From NCBI GenBank assembly GCA_903959965.1, contig CAJBZC010000300.1, positions 1 through 51,589 of the forward strand: 51,589 nt of DNA. Reading direction: 5' to 3'. Under the pieces are notes generated by a model. It had not been told where the DNA came from. It ran no database searches and worked only from the letters and a program-made list of their open reading frames with translations. Shown piece after piece: positions 9,611-19,267 of the stretch; the stretch's first letter is position 1; every line of letters starts with the position of its first letter. The DNA is from an uncultured bacterium (GTDB lineage Bacteria; Bacteroidota; Bacteroidia; Chitinophagales; Chitinophagaceae). Position numbers and translations under genes: made by a program.

Positions 9611-9850
9611 ATGAAAAAGAAATTGATTGAAGGCATACACTTTTATTATAATGAGATGGGCTATATGGTACTTACCGCAAAATACCATCTCGAAAATGGC
9701 GAGTGCTGTGGGAACGGATGTCTGAATTGTCCTTATGACTATCGAAAAGTAGCCGAGCCCCGGAAAAGCGAACTGTTGGAAGCCAGAATGAAACGCCATG
9801 AAAGGGAGACCGAAGAGGATAACCGCCAAAGTGAATCCGCCGTCGGATAA
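9611..9850 (+). CDS. Small Cys-rich protein (DUF5522-like)
   Basis: FYYNE.G..VLT..YHL..G.CCGNGCLNCPY motif; ATG at 9611. Confidence 0.8.
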   Translation: MKKKLIEGIHFYYNEMGYMVLTAKYHLENGECCGNGCLNCPYDYRKVAEPRKSELLEARMKRHERETEEDNRQSESAVG

Positions 9851-10199
9851 TCATCCTTCCCCCAAAAAGTCTTTCGGATTTTTCGATGATGTCTTCGAAA
9901 TTGTAAAACTCATTCCGCCGGGTAGAGTGACCACTTATGGGGCCATAGCAGTATTTCTAGGTACACGATTGTCTGCCAGGATGGTGGGGTGGGCTATGAA
10001 CGCAAGCCACCGTTCGATACCACCTATACCAGCTCACCGTGTCGTCAACAGGAATGGGATGCTTAGTGGACGTATGCACTTTGAAACTCCAACGACGATG
10101 GAGGAACGGCTTCAGGAAGAGGGTATTCGTATCAAAGACAATGTCATCATCGAATTTGACTCGCTATTTTGGGATCCTGCATCTGAGATTGGCATCTGA
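9798..10199 (+). CDS. MGMT-family / alkyltransferase-like (ATL) DNA-binding protein
   Basis: IPPGRVTTYGAIA, ARMVGWAM, PAHRVVN (Ala where active MGMT has the acceptor Cys of PCHR) and LQEEGI. Confidence 0.9.
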   Translation: MKGRPKRITAKVNPPSDNHPSPKKSFGFFDDVFEIVKLIPPGRVTTYGAIAVFLGTRLSARMVGWAMNASHRSIPPIPAHRVVNRNGMLSGRMHFETPTTMEERLQEEGIRIKDNVIIEFDSLFWDPASEIGI

Positions 10200-10206
10200 T
10201 CCGCAC

Positions 10207-10749
10207 TTACGAATAGTATGGACTGATCATGATATATACGATCACGCCTGTCACTGAAACATAGAACCATATCGGCCACGTAAGTTTGGCAAGTTTCCTG
10301 TGCGTTTGCCATTCTCCTATCAATGCCCTGTAGCTTGTGAAAAGTATGAAGGGTAAAATAATGGCGGCGAGAATAATGTGCGTGATCAAAATAAAGAAGT
10401 AAACAGGTCGTATCAGCCCCACTCCGCCAAATTTAGTATCTCCGGCCAGGAGGTGATGACAGATATATGATAGCAAAAACAAAACAGAACAAATGATAGC
10501 AGCCAGCATGATGCGCTTGTGCAAAACGAAACGCCTTGCCCTGACAGCCATCAATCCACCTATCAATAACAAAGAAACGATCGTATTGATTACCGCATTA
10601 ATGCGCGCAAAAATATGAATGTCGAACCCTGGCTGTGCTCCCAGTTCTATATTCTTCAATGCTACAACAGCAACGAATACGATCACTGAAACAGATCCTA
10701 CGACCAGATTCGCAAGTTTATCGTTTTTCTTGAGGGTGGGGGTGAGCAT
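10207..10749 (-). CDS. DUF420 family membrane protein (oxidase-cluster associated)
   Basis: About 5 TM helices; INAVIN, HKRIM, YFFILITHI, HRKLAK and PIWFYVSVTGV. Confidence 0.88.
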   Translation of the reverse strand: MLTPTLKKNDKLANLVVGSVSVIVFVAVVALKNIELGAQPGFDIHIFARINAVINTIVSLLLIGGLMAVRARRFVLHKRIMLAAIICSVLFLLSYICHHLLAGDTKFGGVGLIRPVYFFILITHIILAAIILPFILFTSYRALIGEWQTHRKLAKLTWPIWFYVSVTGVIVYIMISPYYS

Positions 10750-10764
10750 ACGTAATCTTTATAT

Positions 10765-11457
10765 CTATTTTCTGAAGAGATTTCTTTTCTTCTTCTTGTC
10801 ACGCTCCATGTTTAACAGCACGACATCTTTGATGATATATTCCAGCCTTGCACTGTCCAGGCCGTTATACCAACCACGCACCACTCTGTCTTTGTCAAGC
10901 AGAAAGAATTTGTCTGTATGAATGAACCCAGTATCAACGTTTTCAGCCTGTGCGATGTTTGCCTTGAATTCCTTTAATGCTATATCATATATTTCCTCCT
11001 TGGTGCCGGTCAGCATCCACCATGTATCGTGATCGATCCTGAATCTGTCGCCATAGGCTTTTAACTTTTCCGGCGTATCTCTGACAGGATCTACAGTGAA
11101 TGTAACAAACCGAACGATCGTGTCGGTCTTTGTGAAAGCCAGTTGAAGTCGCCGCATATTTCTGGTGAGCGTTGGACAAATCGAAGGACAAGAACTAAAA
11201 ATGAAATTGGCGATGATCACACGACCATCCCATTCGTCGAGTGAGACCTGTCTGCCAAATTGATTGGTTAGTGTGAAGGGTCGGATCTTATGCCAAACAG
11301 TATCCTGTTTAATTTTTCCGCCTTCTTTAACCGTTCGCACAGAGTCATAGAAATACCGCTTAGGCATGACCACCGCCTTTTTGCTGTAGCGGCTAACAAT
11401 CAGATAACTTCCGATCGGTAAAATCAAAACCACCAGTATCGCCAGGATCTTCTTCAT
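10765..11457 (-). CDS. SCO1/SenC copper chaperone
   Basis: N-terminal TM anchor, FTLTNQFG, CPSIC (CxxxC), TVDPVRD and a conserved His in FIHTDKF. Confidence 0.93.
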   Translation of the reverse strand: MKKILAILVVLILPIGSYLIVSRYSKKAVVMPKRYFYDSVRTVKEGGKIKQDTVWHKIRPFTLTNQFGRQVSLDEWDGRVIIANFIFSSCPSICPTLTRNMRRLQLAFTKTDTIVRFVTFTVDPVRDTPEKLKAYGDRFRIDHDTWWMLTGTKEEIYDIALKEFKANIAQAENVDTGFIHTDKFFLLDKDRVVRGWYNGLDSARLEYIIKDVVLLNMERDKKKKRNLFRK

Positions 11458-11477
11458 ATCACTAAACAATGTCGGAG

Positions 11478-11515
11478 AAACAAAAAAGCATCGTCACGGT
11501 TCAATGTGACGATGC
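11478..11515 (-). terminator. Intrinsic terminator after the oxidase subunit IV gene
   Basis: Perfect 10-bp stem GCATCGTCAC/GTGACGATGC (11488-11515) with an 8-nt loop, followed on the minus strand by TTTTTTGTTT. Confidence 0.8.
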
Positions 11516-11542
11516 ATTTGATATTAGGTTTCCATTAGAATC

Positions 11543-11977
11543 TCAATGGCCTTCTGCCGGAGTGATTTTTTCAGCCTTGCTACCGCTTACAACCTGTTCT
11601 GTTTTTGATTTTCCGTTCGTGTTACGCAAATTTCTCCAAGAGGAACCATCCAACAGGAAAGCTGCGATGAACCATACAAAAAGAAGCAAGGGAACAATGA
11701 TCGTCATGATCAGGTTCTTAATCTCTTCCCCAAGGTGCATGAAAACCCCTACGATATAGAAAGCCTTCAATAAGGATAGTATGACAATCACCCCCTTGAT
11801 GAACAAGATCAGCGCAGAACTGGCATTTGGCATAAGGTACATGCCAAGACCCAACGCCAGTTCAATCAAGGTAATGACAGAAAGTATGACCGTGGTGCGA
11901 ATGATCTTTTGAACTACCTCTTTTCCTCCAGGTGCGTGATGTACGGTTACTTCCGATGAAGATTGATGATGATCCAT
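11543..11977 (-). CDS. Cytochrome c oxidase subunit IV family protein
   Basis: Three TM helices; LSVITLIE and KAFYIVGVFMHL motifs; position in the oxidase cluster. Confidence 0.88.
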   Translation of the reverse strand: MDHHQSSSEVTVHHAPGGKEVVQKIIRTTVILSVITLIELALGLGMYLMPNASSALILFIKGVIVILSLLKAFYIVGVFMHLGEEIKNLIMTIIVPLLLFVWFIAAFLLDGSSWRNLRNTNGKSKTEQVVSGSKAEKITPAEGH

Positions 11978-12015
11978 GATTGTTGTATGAATTCGTTAAT
12001 GGAAGGGTTTTCAGA

Positions 12016-12765
12016 TCAGATCAAATAAAAGCAGAGGAATACGAATACCCAGACGAGGTCCACAAAGTGCCAGTACAACCCGGCCTTCTCAATCATCAGG
12101 TAATGACCACGTTTTTCAAATACACCATTGATGGTCATGATCAACATGATGATATTGATCACTACACCTGATAGAACATGGAAACCGTGGAATCCTGTGA
12201 TTCCGAAAAAGTATCCACCAAACGCGACCGGACCAGTGGTGGTTAGATGGTGGCCATCATGCATGGCACCTGCAACTTCAGGTCCCCAGGGATTCCTGGT
12301 AACAGTTGTGCCGATATGCTCGACAACCCCATTTACCATGACGGCATGGTCTCCGGTGATCAGGTGAGTCCACTCCCATGCCTGACACGCAAGGAAAGCT
12401 ATACCACCGATGATGGTCCAGATCATCCATTTGATGACGCTTTTCTTGTCATTGTGATGTCCTGCATGCACGGCAAGCACCATGGTTACGGAACTAACAA
12501 TGAGAATAAAGGTCATCAGACTGACGAAAGCAAGGGGCAGGTTGGCATGACCGGCCAAAGGGAACGCGTTGAATACTTTGTTTGGATCCGGCCAAAAATT
12601 CTGGCTGAATCTAATGGTTCCGTAAGAGATCAGAAATGCGCCGAAAGTGAAAGCATCACTCATCAGGAAATACCACATCATCAGCTTTCCATACTCCACA
12701 TTGAAGGGGCTTTTTCCGCCACTCCACCATTTGGTTTCCATCTCTGCTGCAGGGGCTTGTGCCAT
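12016..12765 (-). CDS. ctaE: Cytochrome c oxidase subunit III
   Basis: GKLMMWYFLMSDAFTF, LIVSSVTM, QAWEW, TGFHGFHV and YWHFVDLVW. Confidence 0.92.
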   Translation of the reverse strand: MAQAPAAEMETKWWSGGKSPFNVEYGKLMMWYFLMSDAFTFGAFLISYGTIRFSQNFWPDPNKVFNAFPLAGHANLPLAFVSLMTFILIVSSVTMVLAVHAGHHNDKKSVIKWMIWTIIGGIAFLACQAWEWTHLITGDHAVMVNGVVEHIGTTVTRNPWGPEVAGAMHDGHHLTTTGPVAFGGYFFGITGFHGFHVLSGVVINIIMLIMTINGVFEKRGHYLMIEKAGLYWHFVDLVWVFVFLCFYLI

Positions 12766-12805
12766 GTCGATCGTAAGGTTTATAGGTTTGTTTTATCGGT
12801 TCTTA

Positions 12806-13381
12806 TCAACGCATCCAATTGAAGAAAAGGATGAGGTAAATCCAAAGTACATCAACGAAGTGCCAGTATGTTGCAATGATTTGTGCAGGAACAATATTGT
12901 ATTCCCTTCTTTGTAAACTTGACGCTTTGATTGCAATGTATGCCAGGGCAATGATACCGCCCAAGACATGGATTCCATGTAATCCGGCTATGGCAAGAAT
13001 AAACGAATGGGATGCATTTGAGCCCGCTCCTGTAATTCTGATATCCATTTCACGATACATGTAAAAACCCATCACCTGCATGACAAGGAAAGCGACACCA
13101 AGTGCAAGAGTCAGGTAAAGAAACTTTCGATAACGATCAAGGTCTCTTTTCTTAAAACTCTTTAAAGCAAAATGAACGCTTACACTTGACAACAGGATCG
13201 TGAGTGTTGAAATCCAGAAGAGGAATGGTATCTCCAGCATCACCCAGCCAGATTGGCTTCTTTTGACAATGTACGCGCTGGTGAGACCCGCGAACATCAT
13301 GATGATGCTGCCAATTCCCACCCAAAGGGTGAACTTGTGAGGGTGTATTCGCTCTCTTTGTATGTTCATTGTCGTTGCCAT
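12806..13381 (-). CDS. Cytochrome c oxidase subunit III paralog
   Basis: SIIMMFAGLTSAY, GLHGIHV and YWHFVDVLW. Confidence 0.9.
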   Translation of the reverse strand: MATTMNIQRERIHPHKFTLWVGIGSIIMMFAGLTSAYIVKRSQSGWVMLEIPFLFWISTLTILLSSVSVHFALKSFKKRDLDRYRKFLYLTLALGVAFLVMQVMGFYMYREMDIRITGAGSNASHSFILAIAGLHGIHVLGGIIALAYIAIKASSLQRREYNIVPAQIIATYWHFVDVLWIYLILFFNWMR

Positions 13382-13406
13382 ATGTATGGCACCATTTATG
13401 TTTGTG

Positions 13407-14303
13407 TCAACTAATTATTTTATCTGCAAGCAAGGCTAGTAGCACTACTGGCAGATATATATACGAACTAAACATCACCACTCTTGCAGCACGAATGTCC
13501 ATATTCCTAAACAGCATGATACATCGCCAAAGCATATAAAGATTAGCCAAAAGGACGATGCCCAAACTCACTATCCCACTCATGCCGAAAAAATAGGGAA
13601 GTATCCCGATCGGAATGAGAATGACAGAATATAAGACAGCCTGAATGGCAGCATATTTTGTCGGACCATCAGCTGATGGCAAGAGTTTGAAACCTGCCTT
13701 TCCGTAATCAGCATATACTACCCAGGCTATGGCCCAGAAATGTGGAAACTGCCAAACAAACTGCAATGAAAACAGAATCCATCCACCTGCTGAAAACTCA
13801 TCTGCCCCGGCTACCCATCCGATCAAGCAGGGCAAGGCTCCGGGAATGGCACCTACCAACACGGCTATCGAATGTACTTTCTTTAAGGGGGTATAAATGA
13901 ACCCGTAAAGAAACAAACTCAGACCAGACAAGATAGCTGATGCTCCATTGAAATATGTCGCAAGTATCGTTATGCCGCAAACACCGCTAATCAAAGCAAA
14001 GGTCCAAGCTTCATCCACACTCATTCGACCTGAAGCCACAGGTCTTGAAGAGGTGCGCTTCATAAGTGCATCCGTTTCTTTCTCCGTTGCCTGATTGATG
14101 GCGTTCGCTGCTCCAGTTACGAGCATACCTGCTATAAAAAGTAAAAGAACTGATGTGAGATCGAAAGTTATGGTAGGAACCATAAGGTAACAAACCACGG
14201 AAGAGAATACTACGGTGAAACTCAACGTGAATTTCATCAATTGACCGTAGTCACGGATTCGTCCGGACAACTTGCGGCCTATTCCTTCAACTTCTTCACC
14301 CAT
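13407..14303 (-). CDS. ctaB: Protoheme IX farnesyltransferase (heme O synthase)
   Basis: UbiA-family motifs NQ..E...D..MKRT..RP, YTPLK, GAIPGALP and WQFPHFWAI. Confidence 0.95.
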   Translation of the reverse strand: MGEEVEGIGRKLSGRIRDYGQLMKFTLSFTVVFSSVVCYLMVPTITFDLTSVLLLFIAGMLVTGAANAINQATEKETDALMKRTSSRPVASGRMSVDEAWTFALISGVCGITILATYFNGASAILSGLSLFLYGFIYTPLKKVHSIAVLVGAIPGALPCLIGWVAGADEFSAGGWILFSLQFVWQFPHFWAIAWVVYADYGKAGFKLLPSADGPTKYAAIQAVLYSVILIPIGILPYFFGMSGIVSLGIVLLANLYMLWRCIMLFRNMDIRAARVVMFSSYIYLPVVLLALLADKIIS

Positions 14304-14325
14304 CTTCTTATAATCATAACCATAG

Positions 14326-14363
14326 ATAATTTGGGATGATCATTGTACATCATCCCAAATTAT
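14326..14363. promoter_or_regulatory. Perfect 15-bp inverted repeat between ctaD and ctaB (stem-loop with no clear U tract)
   Basis: ATAATTTGGGATGAT (14326-14340), an 8-nt loop, then ATCATCCCAAATTAT (14349-14363). Confidence 0.75.
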
Positions 14364-14369
14364 TTATGA

Positions 14370-16190
14370 TCAGTGTTTTGACTCGCTGTCGGAAATCTTC
14401 TCGGTCTGAGGAATGAAATCTCTTCCATCCTTACCGTAATCATATGCCCAACGATGTACTTCCGGAATTTCACCTGGCCAGTTACCATGGCCCGGGCGGA
14501 CTGGTGTAGTCCATTCGAGCGTATTCGCACCCCAGGGATTCTGTGTCGTTACCTTCCTCCCCTTCCAAATGGAATAGAAGAAGTTGAAGATAAACAGCAA
14601 CTGTACTACAAAAACGATCATTGCTACGGTGCTGATGAAGCGGTTCATTTCACCAAACTGCTTGAATGATTCCCAGTTGCTGAAATCGGTATATCGACGG
14701 GGCATGCCTGCAAGACCCTGATAATGCATTGGCCAGAAGATCAGGTACGCACCAATCAGGGATACCCAGAAATGAATATAAGCCAACGTGTTGTTCATGT
14801 ATCGGCCATACATCTTTGGATACCAATGATACACCCCAGCGAACATCCCAAACATAGAAGCTACTCCCATTACAATGTGGAAGTGTGCCACAACGAAGTA
14901 GGTATCATGCAGGTGAATATCAAGTGTGGAATTTCCAAGGAAAATACCGGTAAGACCACCAGATATGAAAAGGCTTACAAACCCAATAGCAAACAGCATG
15001 CCGGGGGTGAATCTCAGATTACCTCTCCACAGCGTAGTAAGCCAGTTGAAAACCTTGATAGCGGAGGGAACAGCTATAAGGAGCGTCAACAAAACAAAGA
15101 AGGCGCCAAGGAAAGGATTCAGTCCAGTGACAAACATGTGATGCGCCCAAACAAGGAAAGCGAGTATCGCAATGGCAAATAGAGAACCTACCATGGCGAG
15201 ATAGCCGAAAATGGGTTTGCGAGAGTTGACACTGAGTATTTCTGATACCATACCCAGGGCTGGAAGTAGGATGATGTACACTTCCGGGTGGCCAAGAAAC
15301 CAGAACAGGTGTTGGAACAGGATAGCGCTTCCCCCTTCGTTCGGTAAGATTTCTCCTTTTACTACAATCTCTGAGAGATAGAAACTCGTACCGAGATTTC
15401 TGTCAAACAAAAGCAGGATTGCCCCTGATAAGAGGACAGGGAACGAAAGAACCCCGAGAACTGCAGTGAAGAAGAGCGCCCAGATCGTGAGGGGGAGACG
15501 CGTCATGGTCATCCCTTTGGTCCGCATATTCAGGATTGTTGAGATGTAGTTCAAACCACCAAGCAAGGATGATACAATGAACATGGCCATAGAAACCAGC
15601 CAGTAATCCATACCAAGCTTTGAACCTTCAGATGCCTGACCCAGGGCGCTGAGCGGGGGATAAATTGTCCACCCACCTGAAGCAGGACCGGTCTGAATGA
15701 ACATGGAGGCAAACATGATGATGCTGGCGAGGAAGAAAAACCAATAGCTCAGCATATTGAGCATTGGAGATGCCATGTCTCTCGCTCCTATCTGTAAAGG
15801 AATGAGAAAGTTGGCGAACGTTCCGCTCAAACCTGCAGTAAGTACGAAGAACACCAGAATCGTACCGTGCATGGTAACCAATGCATAGTAGAACTCGTTT
15901 GAAATCCTTCCACCCGCGGCCCACTTTCCGAAGAGATCTTCCAAAATTGGGAAGGACATCTCAGGATAACCGAGCTGCAAACGAAACAATACGGAAAAGA
16001 GACCACCGATTACCGCCCAGATCATACCTGTGATCAGGAACTGCTTGGCGATCATCTTGTGATCCTGACTAAATACATATTTAGAAATGAATGACTCTTC
16101 ATGATGGTGTTCATGATGACCATCATGATGATCGTGTGTGCTTGCCAATGAAGCCGACTCTTGCACGGTAGTAGTGTGTTCGATACTCAT
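14370..16190 (-). CDS. ctaD: Cytochrome c oxidase subunit I (A1 type)
   Basis: DHK, TMHG, GWTIYPPLS, WFLGHPEVY (A1 signature), WAHHMF, VVAHFH and GMPRRY. Confidence 0.97.
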   Translation of the reverse strand: MSIEHTTTVQESASLASTHDHHDGHHEHHHEESFISKYVFSQDHKMIAKQFLITGMIWAVIGGLFSVLFRLQLGYPEMSFPILEDLFGKWAAGGRISNEFYYALVTMHGTILVFFVLTAGLSGTFANFLIPLQIGARDMASPMLNMLSYWFFFLASIIMFASMFIQTGPASGGWTIYPPLSALGQASEGSKLGMDYWLVSMAMFIVSSLLGGLNYISTILNMRTKGMTMTRLPLTIWALFFTAVLGVLSFPVLLSGAILLLFDRNLGTSFYLSEIVVKGEILPNEGGSAILFQHLFWFLGHPEVYIILLPALGMVSEILSVNSRKPIFGYLAMVGSLFAIAILAFLVWAHHMFVTGLNPFLGAFFVLLTLLIAVPSAIKVFNWLTTLWRGNLRFTPGMLFAIGFVSLFISGGLTGIFLGNSTLDIHLHDTYFVVAHFHIVMGVASMFGMFAGVYHWYPKMYGRYMNNTLAYIHFWVSLIGAYLIFWPMHYQGLAGMPRRYTDFSNWESFKQFGEMNRFISTVAMIVFVVQLLFIFNFFYSIWKGRKVTTQNPWGANTLEWTTPVRPGHGNWPGEIPEVHRWAYDYGKDGRDFIPQTEKISDSESKH

Positions 16191-16231
16191 TTGGTTCAGT
16201 TTAGGTGTTGATCCTTGTGTACTGACGCTGG

Positions 16232-17296
16232 TTAATTTTTTGCCAGTGGCTTAGCGCCAACAGCACTCATATTCGCTTGCAGGGTATCCGAAGCTGGCTT
16301 ATCCACTTTTTTATTAGCTTCAGAAACGGTCAGGAATTGTGGTTTCTGTTGGGATAACCATTTATCATATTCCTCCTGAGTTTCTACTATGATGATTCCT
16401 TTCATGGAGTAATGCCCACTTCCGCACATCTGATCACAGGAAATTTCGTAGACAAAGTTTTTGTTACCCGTGATTTGCTTCATTTGTGCAGTGGTGTACT
16501 TGGGGGTAAACCACATTGTAGTAGGTATACCTGGAACAGCATCCATTTTTAAACGGAAGTGTACCAACCCTACATCATGAATGACGTCCTGTGCATTAAT
16601 GACAAGTTGTACGGGTTTACCCACCACCAAATGCATTTCTGTAGATTCAAGGTCATCATGACTGGCTTCATCTTCCCAATCAACGCCCAGGGCATTACCA
16701 TTGGAAGCATCCGTGAGCCTGTAGTTCTTGCGGCCCAGGACTCCATCTTTACCGGGATAGCGCATCATCCAGTTGAACTGTTTGCCGGTGATCTCAACGA
16801 TTTGGGCACCCTTTGGAGCATCACTGGTGATGCCAAACCAATAGAAAAGACCCAGACCTACCAAAAAAGTAAGAAAGATCGCCGGCACAACGGTCCAGAT
16901 CAATTCAAGTTTATTGCTGTGGGCAAAGTAGAATGCCTTACGTTTATCTGTGTATTGGTATTTGAATGCAAACCAGAACAAAGCTATCTGGGTAATAAAA
17001 AACACAAGACCCGTAACTGCAAAAGTGAGCAGCAACATGTTATCGATCTTCTCTCCATGATCAGAAGCGGCTGGCTGAGCCAGCAGTGTTCTGCCATAGA
17101 ACTGCTCGTTGCACCACCAGGCACCAATCAATCCGAGCACCAGGAAAGCAATGAAGAGAAAGGCGTTGATGCGATTGCTTTGCTTGAAAGTCTTTTCCTC
17201 TCCCTTCAGCACGGAGACATATTCGCTGGCTTTTGAGATCTGGAAGACCAGAATGAAGGCCAGCACCAGGATCGCCACAATGAGAAATGTCGTCAT
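16232..17296 (-). CDS. ctaC: Cytochrome c oxidase subunit II (CuA)
   Basis: LELIWT, QFNW, DVIH, MDAVPG and the CuA motif CDQMCGSGHYSM. No fused cytochrome c domain. Confidence 0.95.
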   Translation of the reverse strand: MTTFLIVAILVLAFILVFQISKASEYVSVLKGEEKTFKQSNRINAFLFIAFLVLGLIGAWWCNEQFYGRTLLAQPAASDHGEKIDNMLLLTFAVTGLVFFITQIALFWFAFKYQYTDKRKAFYFAHSNKLELIWTVVPAIFLTFLVGLGLFYWFGITSDAPKGAQIVEITGKQFNWMMRYPGKDGVLGRKNYRLTDASNGNALGVDWEDEASHDDLESTEMHLVVGKPVQLVINAQDVIHDVGLVHFRLKMDAVPGIPTTMWFTPKYTTAQMKQITGNKNFVYEISCDQMCGSGHYSMKGIIIVETQEEYDKWLSQQKPQFLTVSEANKKVDKPASDTLQANMSAVGAKPLAKN

Positions 17297-17343
17297 GATT
17301 ATTTGTATGGTAAGGTTTCTGTTTGTCTATATATGAATCTCCA

Positions 17344-18564
17344 TTATGTATGATGGATGATGGATTCCTTGAGCAAGGGATGATGCTTGGAGAGCAGAGG
17401 CGCTTTCTCCAAAGATCGGCCGACAAAGAACATGATCAGTCCAGCATAAAAAGCGAGAATTCCAAATTCAAACCAACCCAGGCTGTAATGTTCTCCCAAT
17501 GTACCTGGCATCACCATCTGGTAGAAATCTAACCAGTGTCCGATGATGATCAACACCGCCAATACTGCCATGGTGGTATAATTTCGCTTCGAGCCGCGAC
17601 GTATCAATAACAAGAACGGAAGTACGAAGTTCATGATGAGATTCAGGAAGAATATCACACGATATGGACCCTGCATCCGGGCCTTGAAGTAGATGGTCTC
17701 TTCGGGTATGTTTGCATACCATATCAACATGAACTGAGAATACCAGAGATACGTCCAGAATACAGAGAAAGCGAACATAAACTTACCCAGATCGTGCAGA
17801 TGCTCCTCATTCACATATTCGAGATAGTCCTGATTTTTCAGGTACACGACATAGATGGCAATGAGCGACATCCCTGAGACAAAAGTGCTCGCAAAAGTAT
17901 ACCAGCTGTACATGGTCGAAAACCAGTGCGCATCGATGCTCATCAGCCAAAACCAGGGAATGGTGGAGGCGACGGTCAACCCGAAGAATACGGTGAACAC
18001 CGAGGCCCAGACGCTATTGGACCACATATAGCCTTTGACTTCTTCAGCCTTGAAGGGCTCATCTGCACGCTTACTGAGCTGGCGCATCTTATGACCCACC
18101 CATGACCATACAGCCAAGGTCAGAATGGTCCACAAGAGGAAGAAGGTTGGATTCAAAAAACCGCTTTTCCCCTTCAGGATCGGATCGTGCGCTACATGCT
18201 CCTTGTCGAGCCAATGATAAATATGATGCTGGTGACCAAAAATGATGCCCAGGAATACAACCAATGCAATCACAGAAAAAACCGGAACAAGGGTTGAAAT
18301 GGCTTCAGGCACCCGGCGAAACGCCATCTGCCAGCCACCCATGGCCAATGTGGTTACACACACAAAAAACATGCTGGCATTGACTACCAACAGAAAGAAA
18401 GTACTGTTCTGCAGGAGAACAGCCCAGAATCTGGTTTGTGCATGTTCATCCTTACTCATCCCAAGGAAAATGAAACCCAGCACGAGTACGAGTGCACCGA
18501 TACCCAGGAGGGCATTCGTCCACTTTTTGTAACCTGCCGGCATTTCAAATTGTTGCTTGATCAT
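17344..18564 (-). CDS. actF: Alternative complex III subunit F
   Basis: About 10 TM helices; RRVPEA, WLMSIDAHWFST, HLHDLGK and SQFMLIWYANIPEE; position in the act cluster. Confidence 0.92.
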   Translation of the reverse strand: MIKQQFEMPAGYKKWTNALLGIGALVLVLGFIFLGMSKDEHAQTRFWAVLLQNSTFFLLVVNASMFFVCVTTLAMGGWQMAFRRVPEAISTLVPVFSVIALVVFLGIIFGHQHHIYHWLDKEHVAHDPILKGKSGFLNPTFFLLWTILTLAVWSWVGHKMRQLSKRADEPFKAEEVKGYMWSNSVWASVFTVFFGLTVASTIPWFWLMSIDAHWFSTMYSWYTFASTFVSGMSLIAIYVVYLKNQDYLEYVNEEHLHDLGKFMFAFSVFWTYLWYSQFMLIWYANIPEETIYFKARMQGPYRVIFFLNLIMNFVLPFLLLIRRGSKRNYTTMAVLAVLIIIGHWLDFYQMVMPGTLGEHYSLGWFEFGILAFYAGLIMFFVGRSLEKAPLLSKHHPLLKESIIHHT

Positions 18565-18608
18565 CGGGTTCTAGTTAAATAGTTCTTGATTCAATATGCC
18601 TGCCTGCA

Positions 18609-19247
18609 CTAAGGTTTCACGGTACTGCTGTCAGCGATGGCAGCAGGAGCAGCAGGTGCTTGCTTACCTTGCTTCACCTTGATATAGTGAATCACCATCC
18701 AACGCTGCTTGGCATCTAGTTGTGAAGCATATCCACCCATCAGATTCTTACCGTAAGTCACGGAATAGAACATCTGGCCTTCGGGCATCTGTTCGTACTT
18801 CGAATCTCCTACCAGCGTTGCCGGCTTTGAAGGGTAAGGTCCGTCACCATCTTTCCATAATGGACCGTTACCATCCAGTTTTGAACCATGGCAAATGCCA
18901 CAATTCACCAGATAAAGACGTTCCGCCTCTTTCATCTGCACATTGTCAAGGGCAGGAAGTGGATTGCGAGTAGCACGTGATGCATAATAGTTCGTGGTAT
19001 CTCCGGTTTTATCCTGTGCCAGATGATATACGAATACCTCACCTCGCTTGACCGTTCCCGCAACAGGCTGACGATTGGTCTGACCATCGACGAACACAGG
19101 GTTCGGTGAATAAGTCTCGTATGCACGGCTGTATGCCATATCGGGCATATAGACTTTCCCGGGTTCACGTTTTACGTCACTGCAACCTACGGACGCAGCA
19201 ATCATCGCAGGAAGCAGGGCGGCTATGATTGATATCTTTTTCATCAT
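18609..19247 (-). CDS. actE: Alternative complex III subunit E (monoheme cytochrome c lipoprotein)
   Basis: Lipobox SVGC after MMKK (start 19247 or 19244); YMPDM; a single CGICH heme motif; RWMVIHYI. Confidence 0.92.
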   Translation of the reverse strand: MMKKISIIAALLPAMIAASVGCSDVKREPGKVYMPDMAYSRAYETYSPNPVFVDGQTNRQPVAGTVKRGEVFVYHLAQDKTGDTTNYYASRATRNPLPALDNVQMKEAERLYLVNCGICHGSKLDGNGPLWKDGDGPYPSKPATLVGDSKYEQMPEGQMFYSVTYGKNLMGGYASQLDAKQRWMVIHYIKVKQGKQAPAAPAAIADSSTVKP

Positions 19248-19267
19248 CAACTTTGGTTCAGTTCTGA

